A DNA stretch of 64,000 bases from a virus. Location of the stretch: positions 7,459-71,458 of the IMG/VR virus record IMGVR_UViG_3300050139_000358. One strand, 5' to 3'. Position 1 is the stretch's first letter, and each line of letters opens with the position of its first letter. Positions 49,101-56,561 of the stretch are shown here, piece by piece. The notes beneath the pieces were generated by a model. It saw only the letters and a list, made by a program, of their open reading frames with translations, did no database searches and was not told the origin of the DNA. A program made the translations under genes and the position numbers.

Positions 49101-49956
49101 AACTTATCCGTGGCTGACAGAGCTGGATGACGCAAGCAAAATGGAAGAGTCATTCGGCCTTTCGCAGTATGTCGAAAAGGCCAAGAAAAAACTGGATGAC
49201 GGATCGGTGAAATATGATTTTGTCGTGCCAAGTAAAGAGTTGCTGAGATCGGCTGTTTCCTCCGATATTGGTGCCACCATTGTCAAGGCATTTGCCGACG
49301 GAGCAATGAATGATGAGCTGATAAAATTCGAGGAATCCGGTTACAAGATACGCATTGAAGAAATCGAAAGATACGGCAGAAAGGAACTGGCGGACGCATT
49401 CAAGCAAGTCATTGTCGATGCAGTTGGCGGAAGGCTTGATGGCGAATATGTCGATCTGACCGGCTCTTCATTCGAAGAGGCTGTCCGCAGCGCGGTTGGC
49501 GCCGGGAAGGGGGCCGTCCTGAAAATCAAGCCAGACGACACCATCTACCCAGCGACTGGAATTCATCAAGCCGTGCTGGCCTTCCGCGCGAAGAGGCAGC
49601 AAGAAAGCCTTGGGATTGATGTTGATGGCCTGCTTGCTGCAATTCAGGCGCACGCTGATGTGAATACTGCTGCCGTCTCGATGAAGGACTATGCAAAGCT
49701 GGCAGACCGCTTCACCGGATCGTTCATGTACCACGCCGGGAAATATATTCAGGTGAGCATGCGCTATGGAAGCGACCTGCAGAAGAATATCAGCGATAAG
49801 GTTGTCGGGCTCGATGGCCGCGTCTTCGACAAGACTACAAAAGATTGGCTTGTTAGTCTTGTCCCTGATAAATTCAGCGACGGGAAGCCGGTAGCCGACA
49901 TCGCTGCATTTGCCAAGTTCGTCGGAATCGACGCAAACCAATTCAAGAAGGGGTAG
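43177..49956 (+). CDS. darB: DarB-like N6-methyltransferase plus SNF2 helicase (2259 aa)
   Basis: EYYTP, VLDPSSGMGVF, VTNVPF; GFDVGLGKT, VVDECHSFKN, TATPVTNS, EVGINLQ, QRNGRGVRQGN. Confidence 0.85.
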   Translation: MNMNARVIFDDASAMNALANMKLLRELKTVNSDIGSLGDGALAAMKRLKLAARAKQIRIELGGKDKAQTESEQAVEESADSVKKSASKRQKDNDAAIEALRKVKSGEADSKDPAIREALKGYSGSGGGLKTAQGTSGSPHEYYTPEPVAKAMWDLLDGLGFTGGKVLDPSSGMGVFARTKPESVAIEQIELDSVSGEINGLLNDSATVSTRVASFEEVAAGSDDETFDAVVTNVPFGDKAMRGAHWRKDKKYQNANLQEYFILRGLEKIRPGGFAAFIVPPSVVAGKGGKGIKLRNSVSMAAEFIGAYRLPNMVFDEAGADTITDIIILRKHGKDNKLKIDELAQQNAAMLTEANVIWPDFVDGNYFKLEGKRFQIGETTTGKGRFGEVEKVAFTGTIGSIAALLKPFPKSSRINWELLGAVETAPIIYSEGDTLFSGDAMLQMVDGKLVPVEGNLQNDDVEAINLMAQFTSPLDAINQGLTLENANRALENEETCGRLGSVPRWIVSAQRAANAAVKNQGEWFDAIMAGMAVQEFAQAGDKESRNYAEAYPELSKALARVQGYSNKQAGIGGELVAEALQNIAVARKKGAFTAWWTGNIAKDEAVVLTVSQSYAKIKLDSEDDTGFVPAEEMRKAFADFDPLNDDQWCVSPDGTGVMSAEDYYFGNYAEFLARAEQDMDDATDPEIKEKLLRQHAKAKERITLVDPSRMRFSLETAFVSQEDKAEFVKQYVSADIVLADGNDGKKTFKYNGSNPGSRDSADAVRNIKTLRRFAIYLNNKTITTGTGDKATDNLQEEQALLDSIKGMVQSSSAQFDAWCKSNDDVVGSIRNKLNAPENLRFVETPNFAPVDIPNWNPAWVPHGYQFAAVRRFSKRFSGILGFDVGLGKTLSALATVQYAQSIGAKKKTIFVVPSSVLTNWKKETGKAYKDTGDCLFVGLTVDESGDAKYSSGSVDADLNVIRENRHSKIFMTYETLIRIPLREDTLQGYKDYLLSNDDSFTKAVEEGANEKTRDVISAEQAVAAALESGKKSGSVPFFEDMGVDSLVVDECHSFKNSKSFSSEFKSTKFVANPNSSQRGMDMQAKCWYIRGITGSNDGIMALTATPVTNSPVEIYSMLSLAIGEKELNSMCGCTGADSFMMNTCDVENRDEDDLTGAPKNQRVLKGVANLDILRRVLDSAAMIETPATVAAKGIIIEVPEAEEVMSKIEMSPEDTAILKDIKNDYMDAAAKKKAKAALSQREAIMASPFNAIRNMTKLITDKELYQGRFAFGFDPKERAKAESAVVTFNKLKITEECKEYELPFGIDTTSMKSKMVIDKESGNEAMVFYVPVMATIEGGKIILPAVDYKTHDRFIAIIDKAGIGLTAQASPKTQALLVNLKNENAHPRWKPAKQIVFCDELALHHKLKLLIAHETGIASSKISIVNAKSVSPDEIQGVQDGFNANEDENLYQIIIANKKAEVGINLQQGTQAIHHLTIGWTPDSIHQRNGRGVRQGNKVETPVMIYHYEANGTFDAYKRRLVSVKGDWINSLMDKDSEHVTIEGDLSAEDYARMTSLVGDSNAMAQFNEDMAKKAKAQVADSAKIMQVNAISVAQGRKKWLDKYDGDQVGFTNWLRTKKSAMAALDSDAAKLQERLDKTESADMAKRCATKIAELQRKRQAIADTIVGITMPSYGTVSADSAPDSVAAINWKKDVSINRKMLEEAQAACAMRATQGYNQETIAKLDSGDAMIVNGKILAEGDFVIADGVPGLINIKQGNYRESASLQFIYSGNGEIQAKPIAGMTINLHGTIGSDDRSEILKMLVELDETSIAAGKENLFARYSGDVRKALRTAIPSLWIQTRKQFGADDDGWIVAPNFPLVMPDDAEGEFAAAILKAQQGIIEFKSINGWNHSFRFTDSRLQGESAGRTPWGAVATWMIANGKTMTVTELDHLSGDGEFVREFSEAFVAGMPGMIEKSSNITEFDVAMTGWAKSTYPWLTELDDASKMEESFGLSQYVEKAKKKLDDGSVKYDFVVPSKELLRSAVSSDIGATIVKAFADGAMNDELIKFEESGYKIRIEEIERYGRKELADAFKQVIVDAVGGRLDGEYVDLTGSSFEEAVRSAVGAGKGAVLKIKPDDTIYPATGIHQAVLAFRAKRQQESLGIDVDGLLAAIQAHADVNTAAVSMKDYAKLADRFTGSFMYHAGKYIQVSMRYGSDLQKNISDKVVGLDGRVFDKTTKDWLVSLVPDKFSDGKPVADIAAFAKFVGIDANQFKKG

Positions 49957-49959
49957 GCC

Positions 49960-50343
49960 ATGACAGACGTATTCAAAATACAGCCCGCTTACATGCGGCA
50001 ACGATTTGACGAGGCAGCTGCGCAGCTGGGCGATAAGCCCATGCTGGGAACCTTTGTCGAGTCAATCCGTAAGATCGTGGCGATTCCGGGAAATTACAAA
50101 CGCTTCGGCGTGTACTGGTGGGCAGTCAAGCGCATCCTAAAATCCAACAGGGTTGACCTTGGCAGCGAAGACTGCGACTGGTTGCGTGACGAATACACCA
50201 TCACCACTCAGAAGGGCGCAATCGATCAGGAAAGCACTTTGCTGGCTGCGTGGATATTCGCCGAGGACAATACCGTTGCGCCAGAAACCGAGTTTGAGAT
50301 TGATGGTCAGGTTTGGATAATCGACGATCCAGATATGGCGTAG
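49960..50343 (+). CDS. Ulx-like protein
   Basis: YKRFGVYWWAVKRIL resembles P1 Ulx as I recall it. Directly after darB, as in P1. Confidence 0.6.
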   Translation: MTDVFKIQPAYMRQRFDEAAAQLGDKPMLGTFVESIRKIVAIPGNYKRFGVYWWAVKRILKSNRVDLGSEDCDWLRDEYTITTQKGAIDQESTLLAAWIFAEDNTVAPETEFEIDGQVWIIDDPDMA

Positions 50344-50390
50344 CCAGCGCCAGGACTATAGCGGGAGTGAGTTGGGCGGAAAATTTCCGC

Positions 50391-50987
50391 TCAATTACCC
50401 TGCTTGGAATCCACTTTGCACGTCTCAAAAATCAAATATTCCAGATCGCAAGTCACGATCGCGTTAACGTTGCTGCTTCCTCCCGCGCCTGACGACGATA
50501 AAACGGACACATAGAGGGGTTTGAGACCTTGCTTATTGTATTCATACATGGCGAAGCTGTTTTGCATTGAATCTTCATCGCACGATGAGGTGATTTTCTT
50601 TAACCTTGCTTTCCCAAATAGGCTGAATACGCCGCTTTCTGATGCGTCGGGGCCTTCATTGGAAATGTCTACGTGAACGGAATTCATGCCATTCCGACTG
50701 CCTTCGATGCTGACTTCGGTTGCGCCGATATTCGGATTCTTGTCTTTGCCAACTTTGGTCGATCCTACCATTGTTGAATCATGTGATCCCGATTCGTAGT
50801 ACGGCCAGTTCCATTTAACGCCTTTGATTTTTGTTGCCGCCTCCCAGCCGTTAAAGGTCTGGGCTTTCGATTCGCTTATTCCAAGCGCCGAGATAACTGA
50901 TTCAAATTGAGCAGCAATCGCTGTATTTGCGATGCCAAAGAGCATTAAAAACAATACTGCGCATAGATTTACCTGCCTGCTTTTCAT
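50391..50987 (-). CDS. Secreted hypothetical protein (moron)
   Basis: Signal peptide, opposite strand, GAGG RBS, AT-richer upstream region. Confidence 0.75.
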   Translation of the reverse strand: MKSRQVNLCAVLFLMLFGIANTAIAAQFESVISALGISESKAQTFNGWEAATKIKGVKWNWPYYESGSHDSTMVGSTKVGKDKNPNIGATEVSIEGSRNGMNSVHVDISNEGPDASESGVFSLFGKARLKKITSSCDEDSMQNSFAMYEYNKQGLKPLYVSVLSSSGAGGSSNVNAIVTCDLEYLIFETCKVDSKQGN

Positions 50988-51095
50988 TTTAGAGCCTCGA
51001 TTTGTTAGAAATTGAACGCGGGCAAGAATATATCACTCAACTGCCCGAATGCCTCTGCTTCTGAATTATGAGCCTCTGGGTGATCGGATATTCAG

Positions 51096-51135
51096 GGAAA
51101 ACAGCGCCAATTCAAATTCTGTGCCGCTTTACCAT
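51096..51135 (+). promoter_or_regulatory. Putative late promoter (GGAAAAC-N27-TACCAT)
   Basis: Upstream of the portal gene. Confidence 0.55.
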
Positions 51136-51163
51136 CGTGTCATGTCTATGACCGTGGCGCGAT

Positions 51164-52720
51164 ATGCCTATCTACAACGCACCAATTAAGCAAACATCGG
51201 GCGTTTTTTCCAAGCTGGGCATATCTGCCAAGCGTTGGGTGTCCTCATTTATTACTCCATCCCATCAGATAAAGGAATCTGATGCCTTCACGTATGGGGC
51301 AGGCGGGACTACCATTGCGTCCTTGCTTGGAACGGGAAGACGTGCGGCACGGTCACGCCAGGCCATCTATGACAAGTGGTCAGAAATGGAATCTGACGCA
51401 GTGGTATCCACCGCGCTGCTGTTGCTTGTCACGTCTGCCCTTGGCGGCCACGAAACAAGCGGCGATCTTGTCTTCATCGAGAAGACCGCAAAAACCAAGG
51501 ATGACAAACGGCTTTCTGCCATCACGGATGAGATCGCCGCAGACCTGACTCAGCTTTTCAACCGGGTCGCATTCCAGATGGCCTATACCGGGTCTGTATT
51601 TGGCGATGCCTACGCGCGCATCTACGCTGACGCGCGAGGTGTGATTGACCTGTACGCAGATGAAATGGTTCGGCCTCCGCTGGTGCAGCCTTTCGAGCGC
51701 GGAAGCCGAACAGTTGGCTACGCAGTCTATACCGGGCCGCGCAATTTCGAGCGGCTTGACGTATCTCAGATGGCGCGGATGAAGATGCCACGCACACAAT
51801 GGGTTCCGCAATATGGCGTGATCGAAAAAGCGATGCGCCTGGCAATTACCGAAAACGACATTGATAACCTGCCAATTATGCCCTCTATGGTCGGCGGCTC
51901 GCTTATTTACAATGCCGAGGAATCCTATGACAACTTGACGGCATCGCTCATCGGTCTGGTCGGACAGCGCTGGCTGGATTCGATTGACGAGCAGATGGTT
52001 ACGGTCAATCTCGAAAATATGACGCTTGAGCAGCAGGAGCGATTCGTCGAATCGGTGAAGGGCATGCTCAGCGCGTCCAAGACCCGCGCCGACGCGGCGG
52101 TGAAGAGCGGTCGCCCAATGATGGAGCGCATTCGCCACATCATCCCAATTTTCAACGAAAAGCAACTTGCTACAGTGGGCCCAGCCAATGGCGGTCAGCC
52201 CGGCCGCGCCGGAAGTATCACCATCGATGACATCATGCTGCACGCCAGGATGCTGTCCGGTGCGATCGGCGTCGATCTTTCCATGCTCGGGTTTGCCGAT
52301 CAGCTGTCCGGCGGGCTTGGAGACGGTGGGTTCTTCCGCGTTTCTGCCCAGGCCGCCGAGCGCGCGCGCATCATCCGTGTTGCCCTGTCAGATTTTTTCA
52401 ACCAGGTGATCGACATTCACACCATGCGCCGCTATGGCGTCGTGTTTCATCCAAGCGAGCGTCCTTGGGTAATCAATTTCTACGGTTCAATCTCTGCCCT
52501 TGAGTCAGAGAAGCAGCGCACCCGCTCTGATTCCATGAACGCAGGAATGTTGATGGTGCAGTCCATGCAGATGATGAAGGACATGGGCGCCACCAAAGAG
52601 ATCATGGAAGAGTTTCTGACCAAGACCATGATGCTCGACGAAGATCAGTCCAAATTATTCGCCACAATTGTCGATGCCAAGCCGCCTGAAGGGGCTGGTG
52701 GTGGCGGGTTCGGTGGGTAA
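51164..52720 (+). CDS. Portal protein (P1 Prt-like)
   Basis: R..IY..W.EME.D.VVSTAL, FGDAYARIY, G.D.SMLGFADQLSGGLGDGGFFR.S.QAA.RA. Confidence 0.75.
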   Translation: MPIYNAPIKQTSGVFSKLGISAKRWVSSFITPSHQIKESDAFTYGAGGTTIASLLGTGRRAARSRQAIYDKWSEMESDAVVSTALLLLVTSALGGHETSGDLVFIEKTAKTKDDKRLSAITDEIAADLTQLFNRVAFQMAYTGSVFGDAYARIYADARGVIDLYADEMVRPPLVQPFERGSRTVGYAVYTGPRNFERLDVSQMARMKMPRTQWVPQYGVIEKAMRLAITENDIDNLPIMPSMVGGSLIYNAEESYDNLTASLIGLVGQRWLDSIDEQMVTVNLENMTLEQQERFVESVKGMLSASKTRADAAVKSGRPMMERIRHIIPIFNEKQLATVGPANGGQPGRAGSITIDDIMLHARMLSGAIGVDLSMLGFADQLSGGLGDGGFFRVSAQAAERARIIRVALSDFFNQVIDIHTMRRYGVVFHPSERPWVINFYGSISALESEKQRTRSDSMNAGMLMVQSMQMMKDMGATKEIMEEFLTKTMMLDEDQSKLFATIVDAKPPEGAGGGGFGG

Positions 52721-52722
52721 GC

Positions 52723-53631
52723 TTGAGCCTCTACAATAACATTGCAGAAAGCCTATCCGGTTCTGGATTAACTGGATCCATCAAGTCTGGCGTTGGATCA
52801 GTCACCGGCGGGATTTCATCTGGCGCATCAAAGGCGATGGGCGGCGGTATGCTGGCTACTGCGGTTGCCGGGATCGGCGGAAGCATGGCGACAAACGCAG
52901 CGATGAACCTGGTCAACAAGCACATTCCGATGCAGGCTCAGCGGGCTTTGAATGTTGGCGCTGGCGCGGTTGGCGACATCATGAGTGGTAACTTTGACGG
53001 GGCGGGTTTGCGCATTCTTGACTCTGGCTTGCTCAATGATTTACTGCCCGGCATGAGCGGAGTGGCATCACAGATAAAGTATTGGGGGACACCAACGCCG
53101 CTATTTGGGGGAATCAGCCCAACAGAAGCCAGGCGCATCTACGAAGACATGCGCAACAATCGCCTTTCCAAGAAAAACCTATTCCTGATCGAAATATCCA
53201 GCAAGCTCATGGGAGCCGGGATTTCTCAGCGGTTCAATATGTTCGTCACCGAGGTCGATTATGCACCATTAACCATTTCTGGCGAAAAGCGCAAAGTCGG
53301 TTCGGCGTCGGTGGATAGCGTGCAGTCATCCGAGCCGGTTGAAATGCGCATCACCACAATGGACGACCAGTCCGGATCAATCAAAAGATGGTACGCAGCC
53401 CACCACGGCGCCGCCGCGCAAGAGGGCGGAACGGTTGGAGTGCCCGGAAGTTATGCGATTAAAATCAAGGTAGTTCACTCATTCATTACCCGAGAGAGCA
53501 TCCGTGGCGGATACGAAGACATTGGCTTGTTCAGGCCAGCAAATCTTGAATTCAGTCTATCGCGACGCGAGGACGGATTGCAGGAAGTGCAAATTATGTT
53601 CTCCCAGCTCGACACATTCATGAAGGCATAA
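52723..53631 (+). CDS. Putative tail/baseplate protein (P1 PmgB-like)
   Basis: 302-aa ORF before the tape measure gene. Confidence 0.5.
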   Translation: MSLYNNIAESLSGSGLTGSIKSGVGSVTGGISSGASKAMGGGMLATAVAGIGGSMATNAAMNLVNKHIPMQAQRALNVGAGAVGDIMSGNFDGAGLRILDSGLLNDLLPGMSGVASQIKYWGTPTPLFGGISPTEARRIYEDMRNNRLSKKNLFLIEISSKLMGAGISQRFNMFVTEVDYAPLTISGEKRKVGSASVDSVQSSEPVEMRITTMDDQSGSIKRWYAAHHGAAAQEGGTVGVPGSYAIKIKVVHSFITRESIRGGYEDIGLFRPANLEFSLSRREDGLQEVQIMFSQLDTFMKA

Positions 53632-53634
53632 CGT

Positions 53635-56220
53635 ATGGCACTGAAACATGACGCGCAAGGATTTCTGGCCGGTGACCCTATCGACATAGGACGGGCACTT
53701 GCTGTCTGGGATGACATCAGGGGGGATGTTCGCGCCATACGGCAGGCAATTCTTGGAGTCGAACGAAACCCAGCGGTTAAAGCGTTCCAAGAGGTCGCCC
53801 AGCCGATGGCGCGCGATGCGCTGTCAAAATCACAGCAGAAAAATACTGTTGCTGCATTGCTCCGTCCCAAATCAACGCCACCCGGTCGCGACAACACAAG
53901 CCCATCAGCGAAGGCCCCACAAAATACGGATGCGCACGCCAAACCAATTTCAAAAAAGAAGAGCTCCGATGCTGTTGCGAATCCAGCCGGGCGCGATGGC
54001 CGTGGGCGTTTCGTAAAGAGCAGCGCGCAGCCTGACGGGGGAAAGGGTGATGATCGCGGCGTAACCTCAGACGAGAGCGCTCTGAATGGAATGGCTGACC
54101 GCATTGTCAGCGCCGTTAGTGGTGCTGGAAGCGGGCTGGAAGAGGCCGACCCAGCGGTTAAAGCGTTCCAAGAGGTCGCCCAGCCGATGGCGCGCGGATT
54201 CGGCATGCTGTCCGGAGGAAGTGGCGATAAGCGAAAAGAGGGCTGGTTTCGGCGCATCTATGCCTCACTGACCGGATTCCGCAAGGACGAATCCATTTTT
54301 AACAAGGCTGCGAACAAGAGCCTGAAGGGGATCGAAGAAAAACCAGAAGGCGGCGATGGCGGCAGCGGGATGCTGGGCGGGTTATTTGGTGGGCTTCTAT
54401 CAATGCTCGGGCGCATTCCAGTAATCGGCCCGCTGTTGGTCGGATTGACCGGAGTGGTCGGAAAGCTGCTGTCAAAAATACCTGTTGTCGGATCGTTGTT
54501 CAAGAAGACTCCTGCAGCTGGTGGATCTATTGGAATGGGCGGCGCGTCAGCTGGCGCTGCTGCCGGTGGCGCAGCTGGAGAAGTCGGGGCGGCAGCGAAG
54601 GGTGGGCTGCTCAAACGGGCCGGTGGTTTCGCTGGTAAGTTTGCGAAGAAAATACCGCTTATTGGATCGCTGATCGCCCTTGGCCTTGGTGCAAGCGAAT
54701 CGATTGGGATTGAATCAGACACGACGACGACACGCGACGATAAAAACGCCAAGGAGGGGAAAAACTGGGGCGGGGTTGGCGGTGGGCTGGGCGGGATGGC
54801 GGCAGGAGCTGCCATTGGAACAGTAATTTTCCCAGGCGTCGGAACGGTCATCGGCGGCGTAGTCGGTGCCGTCGTTGGAGATTGGCTTGGAGCGAATGCC
54901 GGTGAGCTCATCGGAAAAAACTTCTCTGGAATTACGCAGTCAATGTCCGATGCGTGGAATGAAATCAAGGTTGACGCGCTTGGTACATGGGATTGGATAA
55001 AAGAGGGATGGGATGCGGTATCTGCCGTTGCTAAGGAGGTGTGGGACGGAATATCCAAACGGTTCGATCCTGTTCTTGAGGGAATAAGCAAGGGATGGGA
55101 GTCCGTAAAGGGCGGGTTTGAGTCTCTCGCTGCCGGAATGGGAGCCGCATGGGACGCTTTTACCGGGTTCCTGAAGGACAAGTTCGGAATTGACATCCCG
55201 GCGTCGGTGAAAAAGGTCGTCAAGGTTGCGGGCGATGTTGCGGATTCTGTCGGAGCTGGGGCGAAAACTGCATGGGAAGGCGCAAAGAATGTTGCCGGAA
55301 GCCTTGTTCCAGAAGGGCTTAAAAACAAGATTGCGGTTCGTCGCGCCATAGAGACCGGTGCCGATTACAAGCGGGGAAATATTGCGGGGCTTGATGACAC
55401 GCATACGCGCGCGCTGGTTGCATCAACGGCGGCAACCGAAAGCGCGGGCGGGAAACTCGGCGTGGTGAATGAGGCTGGTTATATGGGCCGGTATCAGGCG
55501 GGCGCCGGTTGGCTGGCAGACGCCGGGCAGATCAAGGGCGGCGGCGATGCCGTCAAGTCAGCCATGAAGGCGGATGGATTCACCAGCGAGTACAAGTGGG
55601 GGCAGTCCGGAGGAATGACCAAGTTCTTGAAGAACGACAAGAACTGGTCAGGGGATATGAACTACGACAAGTATCTCGCGAGTGCCGACGCTCAGGATGG
55701 CGCTTTCAAGACGAATTCGGACAAGTCATACCAGTCGCTTGTGAAGAAGGGTGTCATCACCAAGGATATGAGCCAGGATGATATTGCTGGCATCCTGAAG
55801 GCGCGCCATATCGGCGGAGAGGGTGGCGCGGCGCAGGCGGCAAACGGCGTTGCTGGAGCGGCTGATGCCAACGGAACGACGGCGCTGAAATACAAAACTG
55901 ATCTTGCCGCTGGAAATGTTTACGCGAATGCTTTTTCATCGCCTGCCACAATTCCCGCTACGCCAGTGGCTATTGCCGCAGCACCAACAGTCGCCCCGGT
56001 AGCTCCGATGACGCCAGTAATCGCAAGCGCGTCAGCGCCGACAATTCCTTCATTTTCATCGCCGCCAGCGATTGCAGAGGCACCGCCAGTAATTAATCCG
56101 CTGGCATCCGGCGGAGAAGGGCGCAAAGCGATTTCAGTCACAATGCCTACGCCCGATGCGGGGCAAGACCTGAAGGATCGACGCATTGCCCATATTGTAA
56201 CGGGTGGATTCAGTGCTTGA
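53635..56220 (+). CDS. Tape measure-like protein with C-terminal lysozyme/transglycosylase-like domain (P1 Sit-like)
   Basis: Gly/Ala-rich TM stretches, W-periodic repeats, TESAGG...GYMGRYQ. Confidence 0.7.
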   Translation: MALKHDAQGFLAGDPIDIGRALAVWDDIRGDVRAIRQAILGVERNPAVKAFQEVAQPMARDALSKSQQKNTVAALLRPKSTPPGRDNTSPSAKAPQNTDAHAKPISKKKSSDAVANPAGRDGRGRFVKSSAQPDGGKGDDRGVTSDESALNGMADRIVSAVSGAGSGLEEADPAVKAFQEVAQPMARGFGMLSGGSGDKRKEGWFRRIYASLTGFRKDESIFNKAANKSLKGIEEKPEGGDGGSGMLGGLFGGLLSMLGRIPVIGPLLVGLTGVVGKLLSKIPVVGSLFKKTPAAGGSIGMGGASAGAAAGGAAGEVGAAAKGGLLKRAGGFAGKFAKKIPLIGSLIALGLGASESIGIESDTTTTRDDKNAKEGKNWGGVGGGLGGMAAGAAIGTVIFPGVGTVIGGVVGAVVGDWLGANAGELIGKNFSGITQSMSDAWNEIKVDALGTWDWIKEGWDAVSAVAKEVWDGISKRFDPVLEGISKGWESVKGGFESLAAGMGAAWDAFTGFLKDKFGIDIPASVKKVVKVAGDVADSVGAGAKTAWEGAKNVAGSLVPEGLKNKIAVRRAIETGADYKRGNIAGLDDTHTRALVASTAATESAGGKLGVVNEAGYMGRYQAGAGWLADAGQIKGGGDAVKSAMKADGFTSEYKWGQSGGMTKFLKNDKNWSGDMNYDKYLASADAQDGAFKTNSDKSYQSLVKKGVITKDMSQDDIAGILKARHIGGEGGAAQAANGVAGAADANGTTALKYKTDLAAGNVYANAFSSPATIPATPVAIAAAPTVAPVAPMTPVIASASAPTIPSFSSPPAIAEAPPVINPLASGGEGRKAISVTMPTPDAGQDLKDRRIAHIVTGGFSA
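53768..54196 (+). repeat. 48-bp exact direct repeat pair
   Basis: 53768-53815 equals 54149-54196. Confidence 0.9.
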
Positions 56221-56224
56221 TGGC

Positions 56225-56264
56225 GGAAAACGGCGCGCATACGCCAGCTCGTGAACTCCACAAT
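56225..56264 (+). promoter_or_regulatory. Putative late promoter (GGAAAAC-N27-CACAAT), leaderless start
   Basis: ATG 56270 lies 5 nt after the -10 box. Confidence 0.55.
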
Positions 56265-56269
56265 GTCGT

Positions 56270-56560
56270 ATGGCTACGATAACGGGCAACGATATTCAAG
56301 GAATGGTTGGGCACTGGTTAAAGTGTCCGGTCGGTGCTTATCTGGGATCCGACTACGGGCAGGATGCAAAGGCGCTTTTGCAGCGCCCGCAGGACGATGG
56401 CGCTGCTGAAGGATTTCTGCAAAAACTACGCTCAGATGTTCCCGTTATTCAAGCCCTACCAGATGGATCGGTAAACCTGTACGGCGTGCAGACTGCCCCT
56501 GATCGACTTGATCTGATGATTGAGGTTGCCGGCCAGACCATTCAGATTCCAGGAGCATGA
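56270..56560 (+). CDS. Baseplate wedge gp25/gpW-like protein (P1 PmgA-like)
   Basis: HWL..P.G.YLGSDYG motif and position. Confidence 0.6.
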   Translation: MATITGNDIQGMVGHWLKCPVGAYLGSDYGQDAKALLQRPQDDGAAEGFLQKLRSDVPVIQALPDGSVNLYGVQTAPDRLDLMIEVAGQTIQIPGA

Positions 56561-56561
56561 C

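Noticed and set aside
38950-55349. Long antisense ORFs such as 38950-40215, 51380-52243 and 54258-55349
   Set aside because: They overlap well-supported plus-strand genes and have the composition of shadow frames.
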